Part shown: piece by piece, positions 17,279 to 29,099 of the stretch
Layout of the letters: every line of letters begins with the position of its first letter
How positions within the stretch are numbered: the first letter of the stretch is position 1
DNA from: the human T2T-CHM13v2.0 reference genome, Homo sapiens
NCBI RefSeq assembly: GCF_009914755.1
Contig: NC_060942.1
DNA: 64,000 nt
Direction: 5' to 3' (one strand)
The notes under the pieces: generated by a model
The model's input: the letters and a program-made list of their open reading frames with translations, nothing else
Told to the model about the DNA's origin: nothing
Databases searched by the model: none
Made by a program: the position numbers and the translations under genes

Positions 17279-18192
17279 TAACCTTTGACCTCTGCAGGTG
17301 CAAGGGCTCTGGGGGTGTGGGTTCCCATTGCTGTTGAGGGTCATTCTGCTTTGGGGGTGCCCTGGTCATATGATGTGGAGACACCATGTAGGACACTTTT
17401 CACGGGCGTTCGGAGGAACTGGTGCTTACCAGGGCATTCCTGCAGAATTGCCTCCCCTTGAGGGCCGTCTTAAGCTTCCTAACATCTAACGTGTTGTCTC
17501 AGGAGACACATGTGTTGGGATTACACATTCCCCAGCACCTTCTCATCACCTCTGAGAGATGGCAAGGCCTGCCGAGATAGCTCTGAGCACCTTTTAAAAT
17601 GAATCCATCCTACAGATCATAGGATGACAACATTTCCTCATCTCCATCAGCCATACATGAAGGAAGTACACACTCCCAAATGCAGCATGAGTGACCACTG
17701 AACCCCTAAATGCAGCCCAAGCCATCCTGAATTTGGGGTGCTGGTCTGTTTGTGTGCACTTCTTCAGGACACAGTTGTTTACATGGATCTATGTTCCCAT
17801 TCTTGCAGTGCTGGGGATGGAGCCCCCAGTAGGGGCTGTGGGACTCAGAGATTGTGCTCTTAGTCCCAGGCTCCTGGCGCGTTCCTACACATGGATCATT
17901 TCAGAAAATGTGCTTTTCTATTAACAGATCTTCTCTAAAGAGTCAGGGCCAGGTGGCTCTATTCACACCACTTGTGTTGTGCACAGCGCATGGTTCATTT
18001 ATGAAGAGAGAAAGTAATTCTCTTGGTGAGGAGTTTCCTTGTTTTCAATATCCCACAGTATTTCCATAAGCCATACTGAGGAGTGCCTGAAATAGAAAAT
18101 TTTGATATTTAATTTGGAGCATCCAAGAAGAATTCATTCAGACTAGGAGCCAGAGAAGGTGGTATTATGATCTATTTTATTTTTTCTCCTTA

Positions 18193-18316
18193 AAATTCCT
18201 CTATATTAACATGAATAGATGTGTCTTAATTTTGTAGTAACTATAGATTTTTGAAATTCCTCCACATTAAACATGAATAGAATGTGTCTTAATTTTGCAG
18301 TAACTATAGGTTTTTG
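18193..18316. repeat. Two-copy ~61-bp tandem duplication
   Basis: AAATTCCTC...ACATGAATAG...TGTGTCTTAATTTTG.AGTAACTATAG.TTTTTG occurs twice, at 18193 and 18254. Confidence 0.9.
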
Positions 18317-18469
18317 CTCCTTTATTTGTACATTTCTTCTTTCCCTCTTGCACCTTGAAAGTAGGTCATGGTACCGGTTTCTGGAGGGAAAAGGATCTGG
18401 CATTTTATAAGGACAGGATCATGTTAGGTAAGGAATGCAGTCCTAATGACACGAAAGAGGGTAAGCGAA

Positions 18470-19421
18470 GCCCAGGCTACCCCTCTGGCCAGGAACGCGG
18501 GAAAGAGGTTTAAAGGAGGAAGGGATGACTCAGGTGCCCGGGCCTCAGCGCCACTCAGGGAGGCTCTGGGAAGAGCCCAGGTGGAGAAGCCCGGAGCGGC
18601 CAGCGCAGATCAGTGCCCCCAGGAAACCACTCAGGAGGCTGCAGACCGCCCTCAGCCACCGTTTCTGGTTTGTGCCGTGGTCGCCTGGAGGCAGAAGCCA
18701 GACTGGAGCACAGGAGACAGAGTCCGCGGGCCGCTGGCCTCACCGAGCGCTCTGGGGCCGGCGGAGGGAGGATCCCCCACATGTCTGAAGCCTGGGATCG
18801 GGCAGCAGGGCCAGGGACTGAAGGGCTGGCTTCAGACCACACACTGCACACCTGAGCTGGAGGGGCCTCAGCTCAGTAGATTCCACGGGGGCTTGTGGTG
18901 GGCTCTGGTGCCCTGCCACTCTGCAGCATCAACGATTAAGGGCCCAGGTGCACAGGGAAGACGCAACACCCGGCGATTCCCTCCTCATCTCCCCATAGCT
19001 GCGAAGAAACACAAAGTCACCTCATCTCCCTGACAGGACACACGGAGGAGGCGGCGCTGGGGGAAGGATGGAGACTCAGCACACCCCGAGCTCTGTTTAG
19101 GGGAAGATGCCAGAACGCAACTGATGACAGGTTAATCTCCGCCCCCAACACGTTCCGCTCAGATGGCAGAGACTTGAAGCATCAACAGTTCTCTGCCCGT
19201 GTTGAAAGCATCTTTCCCTGTCCGTGGGAGGCCTGTAGGCCTGGGTGAGTCCCTGCAGGGGAAGGGCTGGATCCGTCACTGCTGTCACTCCTGGGAACAC
19301 CGTGGTGTCCACAGAAGATGGCATGAGGTTGACTCACTTCAACGCTGGAGCTAGGGGAGCCTAATCCTCCTGGAGCTTTCCGTGGAACGGTGCCAATTGT
19401 TTATCAAGAAGTGACGTCACT
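18470..19421. promoter_or_regulatory. GC/CpG-rich patch with AP-1 sites and a full CRE palindrome
   Basis: TGACTCA at 18526 and 19330. CCAAT at 19393. TGTTTAT at 19398. AGTGACGTCACT at 19410-19421. Confidence 0.5.
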
Positions 19422-19439
19422 ACCCCTCCAGTTTGAGAT

Positions 19440-19768
19440 CCCTGGAACTGCCTTGCAGGCAGGGGTCAGCACACAGGACATTAATTAGGGAAGTTCCTGC
19501 AGTCCACCCCGGGGGAAGGGAGGGAAGGGAAGCATATAGGGCTGGGGAAAGGGACAGGTTGAACTGTGATGCAATCTCAAAGGAGGCTCAGCCAAGCCAA
19601 TGGGGAGCCCCGGGGTGCCCCAAGTTCCAGAAAGGGTCCAATCTGTGTAGCCCCATGCTGGCGGGGGCTGCCCCAGGAAGGCCCAGTGTGAGGAGGGAAG
19701 CAGCACCGAAGGAGTTGGGGGACTTCCTGAAGGGGCATCTGGGCAGTGCCTCACGGTCACCACCTCAC
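19440..19768 (-). mobile_element. LTR33-like (ERVL) LTR, copy 1
   Basis: GGGAAGC...GGGCTGGG...GTTGAACTGTGATGCA...GCTCAGCCA...GGGGAGC, ending CTGAAGGGGCATCTGGGC...CCACCTCA. Confidence 0.65.
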
Positions 19769-19810
19769 CAACAGAGAGCAACTGATAGCAGTTTCTGAAG
19801 ACCAAAGACC

Positions 19811-19951
19811 CAAGTGCTGTGAGCTCATGCAGAGGGACCTCCCTCCTCCAGATGGCTCAAGTGCTGTGAGCTCATGCAGAGGGACCTCCCTCCTCCAGAT
19901 GGCTCAAGTGCTGTGAGCTCATGCAGAGGGACCTCCCTCCTGCAGATGGCT
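19811..19951. repeat. 47-bp minisatellite, 3 copies
   Basis: CAAGTGCTGTGAGCTCATGCAGAGGGACCTCCCTCCTCCAGATGGCT at 19811, 19858 and 19905; near identical. Confidence 0.97.
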
Positions 19952-20189
19952 GCTGTCCTGCATTGCCTAGTTTCTTCAGTGCCCCTTGATTTCTAAGTCA
20001 TGGGGTGGAGATGTCTTCCTTACAATCATCTTTCTGTGCAAGTCCTGGGGACAAGCATTACAGCAGATTAAGAGGGATTCAACACATGTGCTATACAAAG
20101 GCAGCGGCCAGGTCCCAGCAGCCTAATGTCCTGAAAATTCCCACAGTGCTGCAGCCAGGGGTGTTGACTGTTACCATCTTGCATGGTAA

Positions 20190-20567
20190 TTTGGGCTTCC
20201 TGGGAAACACTCTCAGAGGGAGACTTGCATGCCGGAGGTTTACTGAGGATGCTGCTGAGAGAGCACCTTTCAGGGACTGGGGGAAGCAGTTTTGAGCAGA
20301 AGAAGGAATTGAGTTGTGAGGTGACCGAGGCCCCTGAGGAGCTCTGAGGCTGGAATGGCCCTTCAGGATGCCCAGCATGAAGCAAAGGCACTACCCATGG
20401 ATGCTGGGAGGCCTCGTGGGATGCGTTGTGTGGACAGGATGACCCCTCAGCCAAGGGCAACTCTAAGAGACTTAGCTGGCAACTTTGACAGCCATCGCCC
20501 GGGAAGCTGAGGGTTAGTGCCTCACTCCTAAGGGAGAATCTGAGTGGTGACCACAACATCCACTTCA
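20190..20567 (-). mobile_element. LTR33-like (ERVL) LTR, copy 2
   Basis: GAGACTTGCATGC.GGAGGTTTA...GAGCTCTGAGGCTGGAATGGCCCTTCAG, ending CACAACATCCACTTCA. Confidence 0.65.
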
Positions 20568-21242
20568 GTAATTCCTCTTCCTAGCCAGCTTCTATGGCTG
20601 GAAGGAATGGGGATGGTGCTCAGGTCCGGCAGGCTGTGCTTAGAATAAAGCATTTCACTGACAGTCACCTCTGCCCCCTCCTGATTTAAGTCTCAGCTTA
20701 GCTCACATTTCTCATCTAAAGCCTCCTCTTTCTGGGTTTCTAGTTCTGTTATATACATATATACATTTTTAAAACTTGCCTTCTAGGAAATGGCCTGAAA
20801 TCTGCTTGTTTCTATGCTCCTAGACATCTCTAAACACTGATGGGATGGACCCAAGCCTCTGACATAAGTATTTTAATTGTAAAGCCTGGCCTCTTAGTTG
20901 TTTCTTTTACGTTTTCTGTCTCTCTGCTTCTCGTCTTGGCCATTCCGGGAGTGTTTTGGTATAACCCCCGACAGCATTCATATGCTCTCCACGGCACACC
21001 AGCCAGTCCCTGAAACTGCCTTATCTAATAGGAACAGTCTTCCTCGGTGGTGGAAATAATCTCCCAGTTGTACCTGGAAGTGTTGATGTCTACTCTTCAC
21101 CATCACCCAGGTGAATCCTTGATTGAGTCTATCAGTCAAGGCCTTGCTCTCCAACTCCAGGAATGAAGTCATCTTTCCTATCACATTTTTGGTAAGTCAG
21201 CCTGTGGGGGTGCTATGCACTTCCAACAAGAGGTGCCTGAGG

Positions 21243-21478
21243 AGAGGGGAGAGCAAGATAGCAAGATAGAAGCCTTCACCAATCATCACTACAGCAAGAA
21301 CACCAAATCGAACAACTATCTACACAAAAAAGCAACTTGATGAGAACCAAAAAATCAGGTTAATAATAATAGTACCTGGTTTTAACTTCATATCACTGAA
21401 GGAGGCACTGAAGAGGGTCGGAGAAATGGTGTTGAATCACCAACACTGCTCCTTCCCCATCCTCCAGCAGTGGCTGAG
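21243..21478 (+). mobile_element. Isolated 5' terminus of an old L1 (L1M1/L1PBa-type 5'UTR)
   Basis: GAGCAAGAT.GC...TAGAAGCC...AACAACTATCTACACAAAAAAGCA...GTACCTGGTTTTAACTTCATATCACTGAA. Confidence 0.75.
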
Positions 21479-21479
21479 C

Positions 21480-21556
21480 AGACAAAGACACCTGCAAAGC
21501 CAAAAATATTTGCTACCTGGCCCATGATAGAAAAGGTTTACTGAATCCTGCTGCAG
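21480..21556 (+). mobile_element. MER58-like DNA transposon terminal fragment
   Basis: GCAAAGCCAAAAATATTTGCTACCTGGCCC...AGAAAAGGTTTACTGAATCCTG. Confidence 0.65.
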
Positions 21557-21675
21557 AGAAATAAATGCAACCAACTTCAATGGTGTTGTGTACAATTTTA
21601 AGGTATTCACATGTCACCAAAAATCCCTCCGTTGATGCTTTATGGGACTTTGGTGTTCAGAAATCCTGTTTTAAA

Positions 21676-21975
21676 GGCCGGGGGTGCAGTGGCTCATACC
21701 AGTAATAGTAGTACTCTGGGATATCAAGGTGGGAGGATGGATTGAGGCCAGGAGTTCAAGACCTGCCTGGGCAACAAGTGAGACCCCAACTTTCCAAAAA
21801 ATTAAAGAATTAGCCAGACATGATGAAATGCACCTGTAGTCCCAGGTACTCAGGAGGCTGAGGCAGAGGATTGCTTGAGCCTGAGAGGTCAAAGCTGCAG
21901 TAAGCTATGATGACCCCACTGCACTCCAGGCTTAGTGACAGATCAAGATCCTGTTTACTTAAATAAAATCAAAAA
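21676..21975 (+). mobile_element. AluJ
   Basis: GGAGGATGGATTGAGGCCAGGAGTTC and GAGGATTGCTTGAGCC. Confidence 0.9.
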
Positions 21976-22292
21976 GAAATGTTGGATGAATAATTTTCCT
22001 GTATCTTATTGTCATTTTGGGCTTGTTGTGCTCTTGATAAACAGCATACCCTGAATGCTGCCTGCTTTCTTTCCTACCTGACGAATGCTCAAGGTTTTCT
22101 GTAACATTCCACAGGCCTAGCACAGTGGCCACGGAGACAGCAGTGGTAACATTACTGTGTTAGTGACCTTCTTATTCAGGACTGCAGCAGCCTTGGAGCC
22201 CAGGTGAGAACAGAAACGTCCTGTGTTTATATCACCTAATATAGGCACAGAGATCTCCTGTGTCCACAAGTCTTCACAGTTTGTTTCAGAAT

Positions 22293-22348
22293 ATTTTCTT
22301 TTTTTGAGACGGAGTCTCGCTCTGTCACCCAGGCTGCAGTGCAGTGGC
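22293..22348 (-). mobile_element. Severely 5'-truncated Alu (3' ~55 bp only)
   Basis: T tract plus GAGACGGAGTCTCGCTCTGTCACCCAGGCTGCAGTGCAGTGGC, then an abrupt end. Confidence 0.85.
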
Positions 22349-23308
22349 TTCCTGATACGGAAGCAAGAGTACGCCTTCAGAAATTTAGCAAATTCCCCAA
22401 GAAAGACTGCCAGCTCCCCATAATCAGGAAACACATATCTCACAACTTACCACTCACCAAAGGTTCTCATTTCATGTGGTTTTGTACGAGCAAAAAAGGG
22501 CTTGTTGAAGACACCAGGTTCCCAGACCTGGACTCTTAGGGGTGGCTACTGAGCCCAGGACAGTGGGGCTTAGACGTCCATGTCTCTCCACTCCCCCACC
22601 CTTCGCTTCTACCTGTGGTCCTGAGCACTTCGCTCTTGATGCTGCCACTGCCCTTCCGCTTGCACAAAGAAGCCAACTTTTGTAAGAGAAGACCTGCAAA
22701 TGTGTGGAAATGAACTGACCAGGTTTTATCTAAAGTCTAATCATTGTCTTCTAGGGTTAATTCCTAGGAATGATTTCCTTTATCATGTAAAAATGGATGT
22801 GTTATTTTTATTCACAAAATTATTCTTCATAAAATAATTCCAATTTTAATAAGAAAATGCAATGATTATATGAAGAGAATTGACTCATGTGGTAATAAAC
22901 AGAAAAATGGCAAAAAGCAGAAAAAGTCACCATTCTTATTCACAGAGATTCTCAAAAATTAATTCAAAGTTTATTTCCTAAATCATTTCAGTGGGACTAC
23001 TAAAAGTGAAATATGTTCAGTGTCTTGAAAGAATGAAATAAATAATTAGTGAAGAATTAATGGCAGTAACAGAAGGGGAATATTTAAGTATAAGTTGTGA
23101 CCCACATAATAAAGAATGATAAAGACTATAAAGAAATAAGAGCAGGAAGCTACAGAAACTACAGCAAATAAAGCAAATGAAAATGATGCATCCACTTTGG
23201 TCTAACTGAACCCCAAGGAAATTTTTAAAAGATTGATATATATTGCTAGAAATCTCATGATAAACTATTTTGGAGTAGCAACAAGTTGGAAATTCTTTCA
23301 GCTGGTGT

Positions 23309-23879
23309 TGAAAACATCCCTATAAACTTTATAAGATCAATCAGTGAAGAAGGAAGCTTGCAGAACCAAGCTTGCAGCACATTCAGCTTTAATCATTAGG
23401 TCAGCTTCTCTCTGACCTGCTGCTTCTTAATTGTTTGGTGTCTTTTATTCCTGAATTATGTAGACTCTACATTATCGTTTCTCTTGACTGCACTATAGAT
23501 AACAAACATTCTGAAATGCTAAGTTTTTCCTTTGAGATATTCTTTCGGGTCCTGCATGCAAATGAAACTACTGACACCAGCTGGTCTGAATAACTCCATG
23601 AGAAGCTGACTTACCCAAAGCATGCAGTTTCCACATCCTGATGATTTCATCCCTCTTACCCTGACAAATGACCCCAATTTTCCAGCCTCTTGTCCTCCAT
23701 GGTTCCTTAAAAAAAACCCAGACCAGAACGCCTCTAGAAGATGGATGTGAGGGTCTCCTTCCATCTCTTTGCACAGTGTCCTACGATCAGTGAACTCTTT
23801 CTCTGCTGCACACTCTGCTGTCTCAGCGTATTGGTCTGTAACTGGGCAGTGGGCATATAAACCTGTTGGTCTTGTAACA
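23309..23879 (+). mobile_element. LTR26-like ERV1 solo LTR with 4-bp TSD
   Basis: TG...CA termini (TGAAAACATCCCTATAAACTTTATAA...TGTAACA). GTGT at 23305-23308 and 23880-23883. Confidence 0.85.
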
Positions 23880-24138
23880 GTGTGATCAATATTATGTAAA
23901 ACCTAGATGAATGCACTTTGTTCCCTGATATTGGAGCTTTAACTACAATTGCAGTTCAACTACAATAAGTTGCCATTTATTTGATTCCATGTGCCAATTG
24001 ACTTACATAAATTTTTTCTAACAAAACCACAAATAAACAAAACATCACTGAGAAGATATTGATACCCAGGAAATAACTGAAGGAATTTCATGAGAAAAAA
24101 AATAGAAAGAAATGATTAAGAATCAAAACAGAGAGACC

Positions 24139-24223
24139 ATTTCTTGTTAATTCTGGGATCTTGTGAGGTCCATTGTAAGGTCCAATGTAAGGACCTTACA
24201 AGATCCCAGAATTAACAAGAAAT
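24139..24223. other. Inverted repeat/hairpin: 33-bp arms, 19-nt loop
   Basis: 24139-24171 is the reverse complement of 24191-24223 except for one G:T pair (24165/24197). Confidence 0.97.
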
Positions 24224-27200
24224 TCAGAAAGACTTATTCAGAAATACTTACTTGTATGAGATGTTTTGATGTCAAGGCCAATTCTTGGAATAATAACCTT
24301 GAACATGGTATATTAAGTGGTATATTAAGTTCACTTTATGAACTTATTTGAAATATTTTCCTTCCTTTTCTGGCTGGGCTCCTTTGCATCAGACATTCTG
24401 ACTTTGATCTGTGGCCCTGGGTGGGTTGAATGTTCTGAACATAGTTCGTATGTCTGCCAAGTGGGAATGGATGAGGGTCACTTGCTCGAAGAGTTCCTCT
24501 GAGGCTCGTAGGGAAGACGCGGTCACATCAGCCCAGCATGACCTTCCAGGGCCCGGCCTGTGCACATTTCTTCCATGATTTGTGCAGCAAGCCTCATGCT
24601 TATCCACAAGAAACTATTTTTGGTTCTGGGATTGCAGATCGGAGCTTGCTCTTAGATGCTTTTTCATAACCACTAATTGAGCTATAATGATTAATTAATT
24701 CACCAAACATTTTTAATGGATATTCTGCACTTGAGTTGACAGTTGGTCCTGAGAGGTCTATTAAGAGAATTAAGAAATAGCTGTTGACCCCAAGGACAGA
24801 GTCCTTGTCCTGTAGTGGTGTGAATCAAGCCTGGACTCACATGAACATGAAGAAACAACCATTTTTGTTATCTCTTGACGACTATCTTGTAAATTGAGCA
24901 TAATGTGCTACATTATAGCCTCTGTGTTTCAGAATGATGTGGAAACTCCTTTACTTATACATGTAAATGTTTATAAGAACTTGGAGCTACGGAACATTTA
25001 GGCACACACATTATAGTGCAAAGGGAAATTCACAGAGAAACCGGACTCCAGAACACTCCTTATCCGGCTATCATTAAAAAGATAACAGGAGTAATTTTGT
25101 GGGTAAAGATTATTATTCTGCTCAATTACAATGTAGAGTTGGCACTGCCAAATCCTGAGGCAAACAATCATCTTCTTTTTATGTTTTCTTTTTTTAATTT
25201 GTGATGACTATGAGCCACTTCTTGGAAAAGAAACTGCATAACAGGTTTTGGGTCTGGCATTGCGTATCTGGGGCACTAAGATTATTCTGAGGGAATAACT
25301 TATTTGCATCTATAAGACCTCATTCAAATACTACCTCTCCTTTGCTTCTTCTAGTGACACATAATTCTTTTTAACCTGAGATTCACCCAAAAGTAATTTA
25401 TGTTTTGCTTATGAAATTTTTAAAACAATCATGAAATTATGATCCTTGTAGATTTTATTTGTAGTAAAAATCAGACATTCTAATTGGGCTGAAGTTTAAT
25501 GAGAATTAGAGACATCAGTATGAACCTGGGAACAAAATGATGGTTTGTCTTTATAACAAATTATACAGTTGAGGGAAATGTGTATGATTTTATAGCATTT
25601 GATGAAGTGCTTGTAATGAGTGGAAGTTTTGAACAGCTAACAGGTGCTGCGATGTGATGGCAACTTCTCCTCTTCCAGCTGAGACCAGTCTCAGGAAGAG
25701 AGACACTGCAGGCCAGTTACACCTAACAGAGCAACTTAAAAAACACACGTAACCTCAGGCTGTCTACTTTCCAAAGGGGAACGGTCATAAACAGGAAATT
25801 TATCTCAACAAAGTGAAAGGAGGAATGAGCTGTAGGAGCCAACAGAACTGTCATTCTTCTTAAGCACCAAACGCTTGGCGTCTGAGCGTTGGTTTTCATG
25901 GTGTTCAACACAGGGTTTGCTAGAGCATGCACCAGCCTTGTGAAGGGCAAGCTTGCTTGCTCCTGGGAAAGGGGCTGGAGGAAAAGTCTCCAACACATCC
26001 CACTGAGTAGAGAAAGGGACACATAAAGATACAAGGAGTACCAGAATTTTTGGAGACAGAACTATCAAAGCTGCTACTGAACCAATGACAAAATGGAGAA
26101 AACAGATGATACCAAAGAGCATAGTTTGAATTTCAGAACCATAATATGTGGTCACAAAGTGGTAACCTTGTAGTCATGAGGGTATTATCTACTGTCATTT
26201 GCATGATAGAGAAAACGCCCATAGATGAGGAAAGAATAAAAACTCAAAAGCTTAACTTTCCTAAGCAAGAGAAGAAAACCAGTTAATATTAAACAGGAAG
26301 TAAGGTTAGCACTTGAAAAAAAACATTGCGAGCACAATGCTGCATTTCATACAAGAAAAAGATGGCTCAGTTACAAGATAAACTAAAGATGCGGCCTTTC
26401 TCTATCTCTGCAGAACACAGGTAGTAAAATGAACCTGCAGGTGCACCGTTATTCGCCGGGTGTTCTGCAATTGTCATGGAGGTGCCACGGAGGGGGAGTC
26501 AGGACAGTGGAAGGGGGTGCACTACGAGAGATCCAGCTTACGAGGGCAGAATTTCTGTAGGAAATATGCTATGCATTTGAATGGGGCTGAAGCCTCCTGT
26601 GGAAGTGCAACTAGCAACTAACAAGCATCTCAGAGCAAATGAAGTGGAGGGAAACTTAAATTGTGGCGTTGCTGAGTTTTGGCTGCGTAGATGAGACAGA
26701 AATTGCACCATCATTGTTGTTTCGTCTATCTTATTTTCTAGGCTTGGAGCTCCTTGGGGAAAGAAGTTGCTCTATTGGATTTGGTGTTTTCTCCATGTAA
26801 CACAGCTCCAGGCAGACACCAGGTGCTTTAATGAATCTTTCGTGCTTTCTGGGCCATTTTTCAACTGTCTGAATGTTCCCAATTGCATCACTTTGAAGAG
26901 CTTGGTAATTTAGCTAAAATTGCAGCTCTGTCCTGAGAAAGCATCAGATAGCAAACATATCTCCATAGAGAAGGATTATAACCAGTCCCAAGGTATGTTA
27001 GTGAGGAAGCAATTAAGTGCGTGGACCAAAAAAAAAAAAAAAAAATAGTGAAAGTATAATGTAAACATGAAGGGCAGTGCCAGCAGAGCAAGACTCCCAG
27101 GTCTGAAGTTTGCACCTCTGTGCTGTGAGCAGGACCCAGAACGGCTGCCGTCATGAGGAGATGGTTCAGAGGTCACCCTCCGAGCTGCTCATGTAAGGGT

Positions 27201-27469
27201 GGGTCCTCCAGGTAGCCTCATTTCCCTGCTATACCTGCTGTAGGAGCCATGGTATCAGAGGGGAGTTTATCAATGAAAAAGTCATACAAATAAATTTTAG
27301 AAACAACAACAATGAAGACCAAAGTTCTCCATCCATCATTTTCCAGTGTGATCCACGATTCCTGGTTTTTACAGAGTTCAGCAGAATCTCGCTATTAGCC
27401 CTGCAGCCTGGCTGTGAGGAAGCTGTTCCATGCCGTCACCAGCATCAGGTCCAATGCACATCTCTCTTT

Positions 27470-27698
27470 CTCGCTGGGTGCAGAGGATCCAGTGGAGAAT
27501 GCTGGGGCTACCTCGTGCACGATGGAGTCACTGAGGAAAGGAGCCTGGGGCCCTGAATGACTGGGTGGAGTCCTCTTTTGCCCCTCGCCATCAGCTCTGT
27601 TGGACTGGATAAAAGTTAGAAATGGAAACTGTGTTGGATTTAGCCACTGAGATTTGGGAAATTATTTTTTATAGTAGAGTGCCTATGCTAATGAATAT
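27470..27698 (+). mobile_element. MLT1J-like LTR fragment
   Basis: GGAGCCTGGGGCCCTGAATGACT...AGCCACTGAGATTTGGG. Confidence 0.65.
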
Positions 27699-27923
27699 AG
27701 AAACAATTCTAACTACTCTCCAAATATTTTCATCATGATACATAGTCCTCCCAATAGGCCAAAATGATTGATTGCCTCCCACTGTTGCCATTGCTGTCCG
27801 TTAGTCATCTTTTTAAAAAGTTTGCCACCATTGTCAAACAAAGAATCTCAATTATTTAATGTGGACCTAGTTAAGAATCATATTGTGCGCCATTTCATGT
27901 GTTTATCAGCTTTTCTTCTGTGA

Positions 27924-28302
<379 letters not shown>

Positions 28303-29099
28303 CTGTGTGCATTTTCAAGGTATAGGCTGCTTGGGACCTGCTGAGCTGGGAGGGAGCCACTGTTTGGGGTTTCCTGCACCCTGATTCTGATTTCTCTCTG
28401 TCAATAACTTGTTCTTGCAGATGCTGGGCTTGGATCAAGAACCAGGAAAACTGCTTTTTAAGCAGAAGTTAAGCGATGGCCAGTATTGGCTCTCCCAGAG
28501 TTGTCATGAAATCCTAAGAATACAGAGATGGGGACTTGCTCTATCCTGGCAGGACCCTCCTTGGGTGACCACTACCATTGGCAGCTTTTCCAGATACAGC
28601 ACCTCAGGCTGAGCAAGAGGCAGCCACACAGCGTCCTGCCTGTCCCCATCCCTGCAACAGCTGTCAGCACGGGTTCTCCTCCCTACAGTCAGGGACTTCC
28701 GGCAAGTCCGTCTGTGGGTGTGTTTTCTTCCCAACTTGGCTGGGTTTTTTGTTATTTTTTCAATCGTATTTTTCATCTCTTCTTACTGATTATCGAGCAC
28801 ATATTTATTCATTTTATGCACATATAAATGTAGTATGTAAATATATCATCTCTATATGTGATCTATTAAAACATTGCACAAATATGAAGATACAAACTTC
28901 ATATACTTTTACTAATGATCCCCTTTGTCTGCCTTGTATATTGAATATAATTTCACATTTGTCATTTATCTTTTGAATGTTTTTAGTGCAGATATTTTCA
29001 CATTTCTGTCAATGTATTACCGACTTTTTTGGTGAAGCATCATACCCAGAAAACCCTTGTTTCTGGAAATTTCAACATTTCCTGTGTGTCTGCTTGTGA

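Noticed and set aside
18446-19033. 195-aa ORF in the GC-rich patch
   Set aside because: Overlapping ORFs in several frames are expected from high GC content. No recognisable homology.
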